Counted from the stretch's first letter, positions 28,710-38,712 are shown. The stretch: 64,000 bases of DNA from an uncultured Candidatus Babeliaceae bacterium (GCA_963704655.1 OY969927.1:736001-800000); one strand, 5' to 3'. Program-made: numbers and translations. Notes: generated by a model from the sequence alone, not told the origin.

Positions 28710-31067
28710 TTACCACGTAAAGCGGGCTTCGACTTCACCACCAAAGTCACCACGCTCGTCGCGCATGCCACGAAGCGTTATTTCGTCAGTTGGCTTATAA
28801 GCAACTTCAATAAGTACGTCTTCACTTAAACTAAAGTTTTGTTGAATTAATGCACTTAAATTTTCATTTACTTCTATTGCAAGGGCTGCACGAAGACCGC
28901 CACGGCTTGTCTGGTCACTAAAACGGGGAACAATTTTTACATTTTGCAATGGCCCGAGCCAATTTTTAAATCCGTCAGATTCAGTGAACTCATCTGAAGA
29001 ACCAACGATGAGTTTTTCAACCATCCCCATAGAAGATAACGGCATCACCAACGATAGCGAACTATCTGGCGACCCACCAAATAAAAGGCCTATAATTTGT
29101 TCTTCTTGCAAATTCGGAGTTGACTGAAAGGAAATAACTGGGTTTTGAGCCGTGCCATCAACCGTTAATGTTATTGCATAATTTTTTATTACCGCAGTTG
29201 CACATAGCTCAATTGCCGGGTCGTCACGTTCATTATCAACAAAAAATATTTTTCCATATTGAATCTCAAGCGGCTTATAAGGAAAGTTTAATGTTCCTTG
29301 CAATAACTCAATGTGCCCATAGAGTTGCGGCTGCGCGATAGTACCAAGCACCTGCAATTTAACCTGTGCGCGCGCTTGTAAAAATGGAGTTTTTATTTCA
29401 ACGGGCTCATATGAATGTATCGTTACATCAAGGTCTGCTGTCTGCGCCAGTGGGTGACTTTCAAAAGGGTTAATGGTTGCAGCAACAATATCATTACCTA
29501 CGCCACCAGAAAATGGATTGTTTCGAATGTGACATTTTTTTATCGTACAAATACCTTGTACCTTTGATCTAGATTCTTTTTGGTATTCAAGAACACACGC
29601 ACCAGAAAGCTGTGCAAAAAAATCTTTTGCTCGGTTAATAAAAAAGTCCTGCATCATGATCGGCACATGCGCAGACTGCACGTTATTGTGCGCATCAAAA
29701 CCAAGCGTACTTATGCCACTTATTAATCTGCCACGGTCCGTCTGCAACGTCGTGTCACGTAACAAAAGATACGTTCTATCAGAAGCATATAATGCAGTAG
29801 TATGAAGCGAACGTAAAAAATTATAGGTGTAAGGAATCCGAACATGTAGCCCAGAAAGATCTAGTTCACTCTGCCAATATTTTGTAGTTCGCATGCCCTT
29901 TACAATAAAGGGTGCTTGGTACTGTAACAAATCACCATATGGAGATAGTAACTTGAGATACTCCTGTGGCACTATGTTCTTTTGCAAAAGGGAATAAAAA
30001 AAGTCTGTTGCGCCGCTTACTGTATAGCGACTATCATAATATATCTGTGCTTCTAGTTTATGCTTATTATCATCATGAATAGTTACCTTTACATGGTCAG
30101 GCTGTGAATCATAATCTAAATTAAATAATAACGATTGTAGCGTAATAGATGCTGTGCCCTGAAGATCTGTCGCTACTGATAGCGTGCCGGCAGAAGTTAT
30201 TGCATTAAACTGATACGCATTTTTTGGTGCGATAGTTTTTGAAAGGCTAAGTTCAGTTTTTTGATCATCGTCCTTAAATGAAACTGATACATTATTATCT
30301 TGCACATCAGCACAAATTTTACCCGGGCACCACGAATCTTCTAAAGGATTACGTAACATAATGGTGCCATGTATATCTGTAAACGCCTTTTTTGTGCCCA
30401 TATCAGTAACTCTTTTTATCAATAGCCTTAGGTCCCGAGCAAGAAATTGATTCTTATAAGCGATATGATCTTGGGTAATAGTAAGACCGATATGTTGGTG
30501 ATTATCAATAAGATCTATAGCGCCGCTTACATTACATTCAAGGGCCGTGTCCGCATTAACATGAAGCGTAATTTTAGCATGCGGTATATGCAACTTTTCA
30601 GGAATAATAGGTATCACCATAACCTTTTCACGAATAAATGCCTGAACATGATCCACAATGGCAACCTTACCATCAACAACCTGCGTATCGATTTGCATAT
30701 CACCACAGGTAATAGTAAGAACAACCAGCTTCTCTAAAAAGAGTTTTGCCCAATTAACCGTTACAGTTATACTATCGCTTGTCCAAAACCAATCACGCCC
30801 TTTTTCAGGAAGCACCGTTACGTCAGTTAAAAAGATACTACCATGGAGTATATCTAGACGATCGACTTGCGCATTAAAATCGCAGTCAAAAGCTTTACTT
30901 GTGCCTTGGCAAATAGCTGTTTCAAGATATTCGATTGTTACCGGGTCATGCATAACGATAAACAAAGATGCAAGCACTGTTAAACATATTGCACTTATAA
31001 AAGCAATCAAAAACTGCACAAAAAATATACTATATTGTACCAATAACTTTATTAATAACTTTGCCAT
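28710..31067 (-). CDS. TamB/AsmA-like protein
   Basis: N-terminal anchor, beta-rich body, TamB-like C-terminus (GT..QP.LYG.IEL, STPNL.EEQI..LLFG). Confidence 0.8.
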   Translation of the reverse strand: MAKLLIKLLVQYSIFFVQFLIAFISAICLTVLASLFIVMHDPVTIEYLETAICQGTSKAFDCDFNAQVDRLDILHGSIFLTDVTVLPEKGRDWFWTSDSITVTVNWAKLFLEKLVVLTITCGDMQIDTQVVDGKVAIVDHVQAFIREKVMVIPIIPEKLHIPHAKITLHVNADTALECNVSGAIDLIDNHQHIGLTITQDHIAYKNQFLARDLRLLIKRVTDMGTKKAFTDIHGTIMLRNPLEDSWCPGKICADVQDNNVSVSFKDDDQKTELSLSKTIAPKNAYQFNAITSAGTLSVATDLQGTASITLQSLLFNLDYDSQPDHVKVTIHDDNKHKLEAQIYYDSRYTVSGATDFFYSLLQKNIVPQEYLKLLSPYGDLLQYQAPFIVKGMRTTKYWQSELDLSGLHVRIPYTYNFLRSLHTTALYASDRTYLLLRDTTLQTDRGRLISGISTLGFDAHNNVQSAHVPIMMQDFFINRAKDFFAQLSGACVLEYQKESRSKVQGICTIKKCHIRNNPFSGGVGNDIVAATINPFESHPLAQTADLDVTIHSYEPVEIKTPFLQARAQVKLQVLGTIAQPQLYGHIELLQGTLNFPYKPLEIQYGKIFFVDNERDDPAIELCATAVIKNYAITLTVDGTAQNPVISFQSTPNLQEEQIIGLLFGGSPDSSLSLVMPLSSMGMVEKLIVGSSDEFTESDGFKNWLGPLQNVKIVPRFSDQTSRGGLRAALAIEVNENLSALIQQNFSLSEDVLIEVAYKPTDEITLRGMRDERGDFGGEVEARFTW

Positions 31068-31552
31068 ACACTATTACGATAACGGTAAACACGAATATAA
31101 GAAAATGCTGAAACGGGGGTAGTTAATGCGTACTGTTCATATCCGTCTGTTATATACAGTGTTCCAGACTGTAACGTGCCATCAGGATGCGCACCTATCT
31201 TTTTATCTACAAAAGTAACCATTTGTGTAACAAGCTTTTGTGGTGAAGATGGCGGCCCATATACATCAGGTAATACCCCAAATCTAAAACCATCTTGCAA
31301 AGCATAACGACTGCCGTCATATATTAATGCTGAATTTACTTCATCAATAGTAATTTTTTGCTCTTTTTTTAAGCACGTTGCACGTGTTGCCGCAGTACGC
31401 AGCAACAGGCTCAACACAGCAACATCAGTAGCAAAAGAAGTGCCCTTAACGACATTATAACTTATAAATCCGATTGTAGAACAAACAAGTATTAACGTTA
31501 TTACCAGCATCAACTCAAACAGCATGAACCCTTGTCTGGCCATTCGAGCCAT
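31052..31552 (-). CDS. Type IV pilin / T2SS pseudopilin-like protein
   Basis: MARMARQG|FMLFELMLVI prepilin motif. Its ATG overlaps the upstream stop (TAATG). Confidence 0.85.
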   Translation of the reverse strand: MARMARQGFMLFELMLVITLILVCSTIGFISYNVVKGTSFATDVAVLSLLLRTAATRATCLKKEQKITIDEVNSALIYDGSRYALQDGFRFGVLPDVYGPPSSPQKLVTQMVTFVDKKIGAHPDGTLQSGTLYITDGYEQYALTTPVSAFSYIRVYRYRNSVWQSY

Positions 31553-32044
31553 TATTCGATTCCCTCTTGCGAAACTATGAAATCTGCATCGCAGCCGCTC
31601 GTGGTGAGCGTAGTCGAATCCATGCGGCAAGATTCTTCATTTTTGAATCCACCCCAACCATTACGTATTAATATCTCTTTTTTCTGACGCGTCCAGCGCT
31701 TTATTTTATGCTCTGCCACAAATGCCTCATCGCGTGTTTGAAATAACTCAAAATATTTTAATGTAACGGGTAGTCTATTTAATGTGTAACCCTTATACTT
31801 GCCTTCATTATGTTCGCATACCCTTTGTTCTAAATTATCTGTATGCCCAATATAATAAGAACCATCAGCACATTGAACGATATAAAAATAAAAACCTTCA
31901 TTCATGATTTACCAAATTTTTTTAGGCCGCATGGATTCGACTACGCTCACCACGAGCGGCCTGTTAAAGTGATTTTATTATAGATAAATTACAATTAATA
32001 ATTTTCTGTCTTGGTAGAAAAACATTATTCGATTCCCTCTTGCG
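31550..32044. mobile_element. GIY-YIG cassette with 35-bp inverted repeats (31594-31628, 31926-31960) and 22-bp direct repeats (31550-31571, 32023-32044)
   Basis: IR gccgctcgtggtgagcgtagtcgaatccatgcggc, exact inverse at the other side; DR cattattcgattccctcttgcg twice. Mobility is inferred. Confidence 0.8.
31552..31905 (-). CDS. Small GIY-YIG nuclease (UPF0213/YhbQ-like)
   Basis: YFYIVQCADGSYYIGHT...R..EH...YT..R.P......E......A...E..IK.W.R.KK. Confidence 0.93.
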   Translation of the reverse strand: MNEGFYFYIVQCADGSYYIGHTDNLEQRVCEHNEGKYKGYTLNRLPVTLKYFELFQTRDEAFVAEHKIKRWTRQKKEILIRNGWGGFKNEESCRMDSTTLTTSGCDADFIVSQEGIE

Positions 32045-33734
32045 TAGTAGCAACAGAAAGAACTTCTTCAATAGTAGTAATACCCTTTTTAATTTTCTCG
32101 ATACCATCATGCACCAACAATGTCATACCATCTTTTAAAGCGGCATCTTGTATGAGTGCAGTATCAGCGCGTTCAATAGTTAAACGTGCAATAGCATTAG
32201 TCATAACCATAATTTCAAATAATGGGATTCGGCCACTGTACCCTGTGTTTAAGCATTCATGACAACCGACCGGATTATAGAAAGTTATCTTACCCGCTTC
32301 TTCTGGAGTTATCCCAATACGTTTAAGCACTTGCGGTGTCGGTACATATTTTTGTTTACATGACGGGCACAATTTTCTTACAAGCCGTTGTGCTAAAATA
32401 GCAACAACCGATGACGCGATTAAAAAGGGCTCGATACCCATATCTATAAGTCGGGTTATACTTGCAGCGGAACTATTGGTATGTAACGTTGTTAATACTA
32501 AATGGCCCGTTAATGATGCCTGAATAGCAATTTGCGCCGTCTCTTGGTCACGCGTTTCACCGATCATGACAATGTCAGGATCTTGTCGCAAAATTGAGCG
32601 CAGTGCCGCGGCAAAAGTAAGGCCAATTTTATCCTGCACCTGCACTTGCCCGATGCCTGCCATCTGATATTCAACCGGATCTTCAACGGTTACAATATTA
32701 ACATCAGGACTATTTAATTTATTTAAAACAGCATACAAAGTAGAAGTTTTACCAGAACCGGTAGGCCCTGTTACCAAGATAATACCATTTGGTTGTTCGA
32801 TAGACTGCATTAAAATTCTATAATCTCGGTCGCTTAAGCCAAGTTCATTAAGCTGCTTAAATGTTTTTGCTTTATCCAAAAGACGCATTACAATACGCTC
32901 GCCATACACAGTGGGCAGCACCGAAACACGAATATCAATTGCTCTATCGGCGATTTTAATCTGTATACGGCCATCTTGAGGATGGCGCTTTTCGGCAATA
33001 TTAAGATTTGCCATAATTTTTATACGTGATGCAATTGCGGCTTGCGCACGCTTTGGCGGTGTAATGCTTGGGTATAAAATCCCGTCAATGCGGTAACGAA
33101 CACGCAACTCTTTTTCAAAGGGTTCGATATGAATATCAGAAGCTTCCTGCTTTACGCCTTGGTACAAAATATGGTTCACCAATTTAATAATCGGCGCTTC
33201 ACTTGCCATTCCAAGAATATCTTCTTCATTAATTGCAGCAAAATCTAAAGCTGAAGTAAACTCTTTTTCCTCTTCTAGACCCTCGATAACCTCTTTAGAA
33301 CTTTCATAGGGATAAAATTTATTAATAGCTTCAACAATTATTGCTTGCGGCGCAACAGCAACATCATAGGGAATCTTAAGTAATAAACTGAGTTCATCAA
33401 GTGGTTGAAAATTAAAGGGGTTTGCACACAAAAGCGTAACAGCGTTATCTGTGCCCATTTTGATAGGCATAATAGCCTGCTCACGTAAAAACTTAAGGGG
33501 AATTTGTGAAATAACATCTGGGTCCGTCATCTGCTCGGTTACTTCAGCGACGTAGGGGCACTCAAATTTTTCTGCCAAAGCTTGAGCTAAATGCTGTTCA
33601 CTGACACCAAAATCTCGTGAGCACTTAAAAAAGTTTTGGGATTTTTCATCACAGGCAGCCGAAAGCGCAGCTGATTTTTCTTTATCAAGAAAGTTTTTAT
33701 CTAAAAGAATCTGAACAATACTTTTTTTTATCAT
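32025..33734 (-). CDS. gspE: GspE/PilB secretion or pilus ATPase
   Basis: ASDIHIEP, PQDGR, GPTGSGKT, LRQDPD, CxxC motifs. Confidence 0.93.
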   Translation of the reverse strand: MIKKSIVQILLDKNFLDKEKSAALSAACDEKSQNFFKCSRDFGVSEQHLAQALAEKFECPYVAEVTEQMTDPDVISQIPLKFLREQAIMPIKMGTDNAVTLLCANPFNFQPLDELSLLLKIPYDVAVAPQAIIVEAINKFYPYESSKEVIEGLEEEKEFTSALDFAAINEEDILGMASEAPIIKLVNHILYQGVKQEASDIHIEPFEKELRVRYRIDGILYPSITPPKRAQAAIASRIKIMANLNIAEKRHPQDGRIQIKIADRAIDIRVSVLPTVYGERIVMRLLDKAKTFKQLNELGLSDRDYRILMQSIEQPNGIILVTGPTGSGKTSTLYAVLNKLNSPDVNIVTVEDPVEYQMAGIGQVQVQDKIGLTFAAALRSILRQDPDIVMIGETRDQETAQIAIQASLTGHLVLTTLHTNSSAASITRLIDMGIEPFLIASSVVAILAQRLVRKLCPSCKQKYVPTPQVLKRIGITPEEAGKITFYNPVGCHECLNTGYSGRIPLFEIMVMTNAIARLTIERADTALIQDAALKDGMTLLVHDGIEKIKKGITTIEEVLSVATTQEGIE

Positions 33735-33806
33735 ACAAAATGCCCAAGCTTTAAAAAAAATAATTTTTTTATTAAGCTTAACGCACTTTTTCTCATGACA
33801 CCAGAG

Positions 33807-34607
33807 TTACTTGCAGATCTGAACTAATACCTCTTTTATCCAATAATAATAGTCTTTATCAGCATAATTTTGGTTTTTTATACTATCCCATCGGTCCGTA
33901 GGATCAACAATCTTAACAAATGGCCCTTCAATATCTACTGCCAAAGAAAAAACTTTTTTAATTTCAAACTTAAAATCACTACTTCCAGAAAGTTCTTCAA
34001 TTTTTTGCATGACACGTCTTCTTATTTCATAGTCAGCTTTGACATCTCTATTAATAATATCTCTATGATATATACACGTGCCCAAACAAGACATAACTTG
34101 CTGATACACGCCCATGGGGACAGTGGAACCATCACGCAAAGTAACCATGATGCACTTTCTCACCGGCAGTTCTAGTGAACGCTTTACTGGTTCTACGACA
34201 GGATCATTTTCTGGTAATAGATTTTGCAACTCACTTCTTAATGGGTTAACTAAATGGGCTTGCGGCTTGAGCACTATACTTAACGCTACAATTTCTTGAA
34301 TAGAACAATTAACAAACTTACCATCAGGCTTAATAAGACCTGCTGTTTCAAATATTGTGCCAAATTTAGGAACTAATTTCCAATGTCGATTTGTTGATAA
34401 TCCGGCCAACTGATATAAAGCACAAGGATCTTTACCAATTTCGTCTAAAGAATCCCTAACCATTTCAACCAAAAATTTAGAAACCATTCGATTATTTCTT
34501 AACGTTATCAGAGTATCTTGAGAAAAGATTATGTGAGTAAAAAATAAAGAGCAAAGAACAATACGATAGAGTATGAAATTTTTGTTAAAATCAAATGAAC
34601 CAAACAT
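33807..34607 (-). CDS. Hypothetical protein with internal duplication
   Basis: 266-aa ORF; ITLRNN...LVNP and VTLRDG...IVDP halves. Confidence 0.65.
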   Translation of the reverse strand: MFGSFDFNKNFILYRIVLCSLFFTHIIFSQDTLITLRNNRMVSKFLVEMVRDSLDEIGKDPCALYQLAGLSTNRHWKLVPKFGTIFETAGLIKPDGKFVNCSIQEIVALSIVLKPQAHLVNPLRSELQNLLPENDPVVEPVKRSLELPVRKCIMVTLRDGSTVPMGVYQQVMSCLGTCIYHRDIINRDVKADYEIRRRVMQKIEELSGSSDFKFEIKKVFSLAVDIEGPFVKIVDPTDRWDSIKNQNYADKDYYYWIKEVLVQICK

Positions 34608-34608
34608 A

Positions 34609-35733
34609 TTAAATTTTATCTTCCAAAATGGCGTTTCTATAGCTTTTCATAAGATTTACCATAAATCTTACATTATGTATAGTTGCCAACGTATAGGCTG
34701 TAAGCTCGTGAGCCTTAAATAAATGGTGCAGATATGCGCGTGAATGATGCACACAGGTGTAACAGTCACATGTTTCATCGATAGGAGAAAAATCCTGTTT
34801 ATAGCGCCCTTGCGCAATAGTAAGATTACCAGTAGTAGTATATAAAAGACCATGTCGCGCGCATTTGGTTGGATGGGAACTATCAAAAGTGTCTATTCCC
34901 AGTGGCACAGCTATCTCTAGTGACGGCAAATCTGCAATACCCAAAAGATGGTTCGGTTTATCATAGGGCATATGCGGCATAAGCGCGGTGAGCATCTCAA
35001 GCATTTCATTTCGGTTTTTCCCTAAACTGCCTCCAATAGCAAAACCATCAAAGGGCATCTGGCAAAGTGTATCAACACTATGCTTGCGCATTTCAGGATC
35101 AATGCCACCATGAATAACTGAGTACATAGATTGATAACCTGGATTTTTAAGATGCTCCTCTAGTGAGCGCTTTTCCCAGCGGTGGGTACGCTCAAGTGAT
35201 CTTTTTAAATCTGCTTTCTGCATATGATACGGTGGCAATTCATCAAGCGGAATAATAATATCTGCACCCAATTTTTTTTGTGCCTGCACAGATGTTTCTG
35301 GCGTTAACATGATAAGTTTTCCATCACGGTATGACCGAAACAGAACACCCTCTTCGGTAATTTTTTTTACGCCGCCCTCATTTTTTTTTGTGCCGGCGCT
35401 TTTAAGCTCTTGGGCAACACCGCCATAGGCTAAACTAAATACTTGAAAACCACCTGAATCAGTAATAATAGGCTTTGAGCGTTTCATAAACTGGTGCAGG
35501 CCACCACCGGCAGCAACAATATCTTCACCAGGGTGCAACATTAAATGGTAGGTATTACAAAAGAGTAAATCAATATCAAGAGCATCAATATGGTCGGCAG
35601 TAAGCGCTTTTAATGATGCATTTGTAGCAACAGGAACAAAGTTTGGCGTTTCGATAATGCCATGTTCGGTATGAATTCTGCCAACACGTGCGCGGGATTT
35701 TTTAGATTGATGTACTATCTCAAATTTTAGCAT
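34609..35733 (-). CDS. tgt: tRNA-guanine transglycosylase
   Basis: NTYHL, TDSGGFQVFSL, GIDTFD, CDCYTC...H zinc site. Confidence 0.97.
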   Translation of the reverse strand: MLKFEIVHQSKKSRARVGRIHTEHGIIETPNFVPVATNASLKALTADHIDALDIDLLFCNTYHLMLHPGEDIVAAGGGLHQFMKRSKPIITDSGGFQVFSLAYGGVAQELKSAGTKKNEGGVKKITEEGVLFRSYRDGKLIMLTPETSVQAQKKLGADIIIPLDELPPYHMQKADLKRSLERTHRWEKRSLEEHLKNPGYQSMYSVIHGGIDPEMRKHSVDTLCQMPFDGFAIGGSLGKNRNEMLEMLTALMPHMPYDKPNHLLGIADLPSLEIAVPLGIDTFDSSHPTKCARHGLLYTTTGNLTIAQGRYKQDFSPIDETCDCYTCVHHSRAYLHHLFKAHELTAYTLATIHNVRFMVNLMKSYRNAILEDKI

Positions 35734-36400
35734 AACCGAACCATTCTAAAGCTTTTTTACACATAACTAAAAGCGGTGTCATACAGATAATGGTAACAGC
35801 TTTAATTGCATAACTTACCGTAATAACTTCACTTACATTATCAATAATACCATACAGACCAAGTATCGTAAAAAGTATAGTATCTAATAACTGTGTAACA
35901 AGCACCACGCCATAGTTTCGCACAATAAAATAATGGCCATCAAATTTTCTTTTAAAATAATCATAGAGATAATATTCTATGCTTTCTATAAGCATATACG
36001 TAAATAATGACGCGGCTAAAATGCGTGGCATCTGTCCCAAGATAGCGACAAAGTGCACGTGCTGAACGTCACAAGTTGATGGCACATATGCAAGCTGCAG
36101 CCACGTGATAATCGTGTAAAACAGCACTATCCCAAAACTTAAATAAACAGTTTTACGGGCAATTGCTGCGCCATAATATTCGCGCAAAAGATTTATCCCA
36201 AGCACTGCACCAATGCCAAGAGCATCTGCTGTTGTTGCATTTAGACCACAAAGCATCATCTGCTTTGTCACAAAGAGGTTCATGAGCACTACTTGCAAAC
36301 AGACAAGCGCGGTCAGCGCGGTTGCAGAAAAATAAAGCGCTATAATTGAGCTGAATGCTATAAAAATAATTGAAAGTAAAAAAATTATCTCATTAATCAT
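35720..36400 (-). CDS. Queuosine-precursor transporter (YhhQ/VUT family)
   Basis: About 6 TM segments; NL...K, EYYG...A, PRI..AS, RN......Q..DT; overlaps tgt. Confidence 0.85.
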   Translation of the reverse strand: MINEIIFLLSIIFIAFSSIIALYFSATALTALVCLQVVLMNLFVTKQMMLCGLNATTADALGIGAVLGINLLREYYGAAIARKTVYLSFGIVLFYTIITWLQLAYVPSTCDVQHVHFVAILGQMPRILAASLFTYMLIESIEYYLYDYFKRKFDGHYFIVRNYGVVLVTQLLDTILFTILGLYGIIDNVSEVITVSYAIKAVTIICMTPLLVMCKKALEWFGYAKI

Positions 36401-37706
36401 TCAAAGTAACTTTCTTGATCTGATGATCCTGCACAAGAGTAGCTAAATCTGTAACTGCTTTATTTCTTGGTAAAGCTTCATGGCCAGCATGTGGCGCGGA
36501 AAGTGATGATAGTTTACTATTTCGTTTAAATTGAAGCTTTGATTTACAAAACTCTTCCATTGTTTCTAACTTCAGATTTTCATTGGCAGAGGCTTCAATG
36601 TCGGCAAAGTCAGCCTTGAACGTACCAATCTTACTCTGAAGCATTGATATTTTGTCTTGATAATTATTAAATTGAGCACCTGAAGTAGACAACTCCTGAT
36701 AATCAGCATCAAGCGCTGAAAAAATCAACAACTTTCCATATTCTCTTAACGCATCATATTCTTTAGTAAAATTTTGATACTTTTCAACTTCATCAGACAG
36801 CCCTTGCTGCTCAGAAAATAGCTCTTTAAACCGTTCCAATGGTGAAAGAAACTTATGTACTTCTTTTTCAATTTCACCAGAAGACAAATCCGCAAAAGAC
36901 TCTTCAATCGACTTAAAATCAGTTTCTGCAATCTTAATAGAAACTGGTGCAACCAAGTCTCTTCTTTGTTTACGCACTTTTTCTATAAATTCAGCTGACT
37001 GTGAAACATCAAGTCCCTTTTCTAAAGTCTCTAGACGGGTATTTAATGAATCTACAACCGATGCAAAATCATCTAAAGACCTATCGCGCATGTGGATATC
37101 AAAGTTTTCACAGACATACCCTAAGTAAGGTAAAAGTAATTTTATTGTTTTACATTTATGCCTATTAATATCTTTATCCCAATTTTTTAAAAGCTGCGTT
37201 TTTTGCTTTTTTAATATTGAAAGCTTATCATAGAATCCAGAAAGTTCACTTTCAAGGGCAAATAATGTTTTAACATCGAGCAGTCCTTGAATTTTTTCTT
37301 CTAAAAAACTTGTTTCAGATGTTTTTTCAACTTCAATTTTTCTAGACAGCACGATACTGATTGATTCACGAACGCGGTCACAATCATCTAGTAGACCAAT
37401 AACCCTTTCTTTAATCTTACCATCTTCTGAATCAAAAATTATTTCTAAAGCGCCAGATAGAGTTTCCGTTTCAAAAATTTCTGTATCTTCTCTTTCTTCA
37501 TCAGCAAAAGGGCAACTAGGGGCTGAATGTGTCCGTTTAGTAACTGCGCCCGGTGCAACTTTTTTAGACGCTCCGCCATTCATTAACGCATACTCCATAT
37601 AACTTTTCGCCCTAGGCGCACTGGGCTGAATTTCTTTTTTACTAAAATCTAAAGAAAATGAAAGAGTTGGCACCAAAGCCATCACCAAAAACAGTATATT
37701 TTTCAT
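36393..37706 (-). CDS. Hypothetical exported coiled-coil protein
   Basis: Signal peptide, helical and charged. Confidence 0.75.
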   Translation of the reverse strand: MKNILFLVMALVPTLSFSLDFSKKEIQPSAPRAKSYMEYALMNGGASKKVAPGAVTKRTHSAPSCPFADEEREDTEIFETETLSGALEIIFDSEDGKIKERVIGLLDDCDRVRESISIVLSRKIEVEKTSETSFLEEKIQGLLDVKTLFALESELSGFYDKLSILKKQKTQLLKNWDKDINRHKCKTIKLLLPYLGYVCENFDIHMRDRSLDDFASVVDSLNTRLETLEKGLDVSQSAEFIEKVRKQRRDLVAPVSIKIAETDFKSIEESFADLSSGEIEKEVHKFLSPLERFKELFSEQQGLSDEVEKYQNFTKEYDALREYGKLLIFSALDADYQELSTSGAQFNNYQDKISMLQSKIGTFKADFADIEASANENLKLETMEEFCKSKLQFKRNSKLSSLSAPHAGHEALPRNKAVTDLATLVQDHQIKKVTLND

Positions 37707-37711
37707 AAAAT

Positions 37712-38335
37712 TTATCTCAGAATCGTTATAACCATATCAAAAATTAACGCGACAAACATAAGCCCGTCAATGCGGTCCAGAATGCCGCCATGGCCCGGTA
37801 AAAGAGTTCCCGAATCTTTAAGCCCTGCTAACCTTTTTAAATACGATTCAAAAAGATCACCTAAAAAGGCCAAAAACCCAGTAAAACTAGCTACCAGGTA
37901 GAGAGTTATCATAGCACAAGAACAGCTCTTCAGCAATAAAAAATAACTAAAAGCGCCTATAAATCCAGCAAAAATTACGCCACCAATCAGCCCTTGCCAC
38001 GTTTTTCCGGCACTGATAGTTGGGGCAATTTTTCGGGTACCAAACAAGTTTCCAAAAATATAACCGCCCGTATCATAACTTGCAACAACAATAACAAGCC
38101 AAGCCCAAAGCATAGGGTCCTGCAGATACAAGTGCATAAATGCAAGAAATGGCACTATAGGGTAAAGGGGCGTTAACCACCAAAGTTTAAATCGGGGCCA
38201 TTCCACAACCAAGATATACAATAAAACAAACCCAAGCAGCACCGTAAAAAGCGTAGAAGATAAAAAATAAAATGCGCAACAAGCGCTACTTATCAAGATA
38301 GCAGTAGTAATCGCACGAGGAATTAAATCTTTCAT
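37712..38335 (-). CDS. cdsA: Phosphatidate cytidylyltransferase
   Basis: DTGGY, ISAGKTWQG, GDLFES..KR..G.KDSG..LPGHGG.LDR.D. Confidence 0.96.
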   Translation of the reverse strand: MKDLIPRAITTAILISSACCAFYFLSSTLFTVLLGFVLLYILVVEWPRFKLWWLTPLYPIVPFLAFMHLYLQDPMLWAWLVIVVASYDTGGYIFGNLFGTRKIAPTISAGKTWQGLIGGVIFAGFIGAFSYFLLLKSCSCAMITLYLVASFTGFLAFLGDLFESYLKRLAGLKDSGTLLPGHGGILDRIDGLMFVALIFDMVITILR

Positions 38336-38712
38336 ATAACACTTTCAGACGCAGTAAAGGCATTAGGGATAAAGGTGATATCAAATGTATTGTCTTCCAT
38401 ATTAGGCTCAACAAGGGCAACATCAAATCGTAATACATGTTCAGTGTACTTGTTCTTAGCCGCATAGTGCAACGCAGTGGCGATAATTTTTCTTTGTTTA
38501 GAACGGTCAACCACTAAAGAAAGATTAAAATATCGCTTGCTGCGCATTTTAACTTCAACAAACGAAACCACTTCAGCTTTGCGAGCAATAATATCAATTT
38601 CGCCAGCTCTTATACAATAATTCCGCGCGCAGACAGTGTAACCCTGCTCAATAAGATAATCGACAACCATCTGTTCGGCTTGGTAGCCACGGCCCTGAAT
38701 CTCAGTTTTCAT
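38332..38712 (-). CDS. yraN: YraN-family endonuclease-like protein
   Basis: G..AE, RNY, GEIDIIA, FVEVK, RFDV. Confidence 0.93.
   Translation of the reverse strand: MKTEIQGRGYQAEQMVVDYLIEQGYTVCARNYCIRAGEIDIIARKAEVVSFVEVKMRSKRYFNLSLVVDRSKQRKIIATALHYAAKNKYTEHVLRFDVALVEPNMEDNTFDITFIPNAFTASESVI

Noticed and set aside
31553-31630. N-terminal extension of the pilin ORF
   Set aside because: It is translated inverted-repeat sequence; the prepilin leader starts at 31552.
31552-31960. Group I intron or intein homing endonuclease, or a classical IS
   Set aside because: The cassette is intergenic, too short for a ribozyme core, and shows no splicing motifs or DDE/HUH transposase.
38332-38712. YraN nuclease as mobiliser of the repeats
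   Set aside because: Widespread conserved gene in a housekeeping operon, with no flanking repeats.
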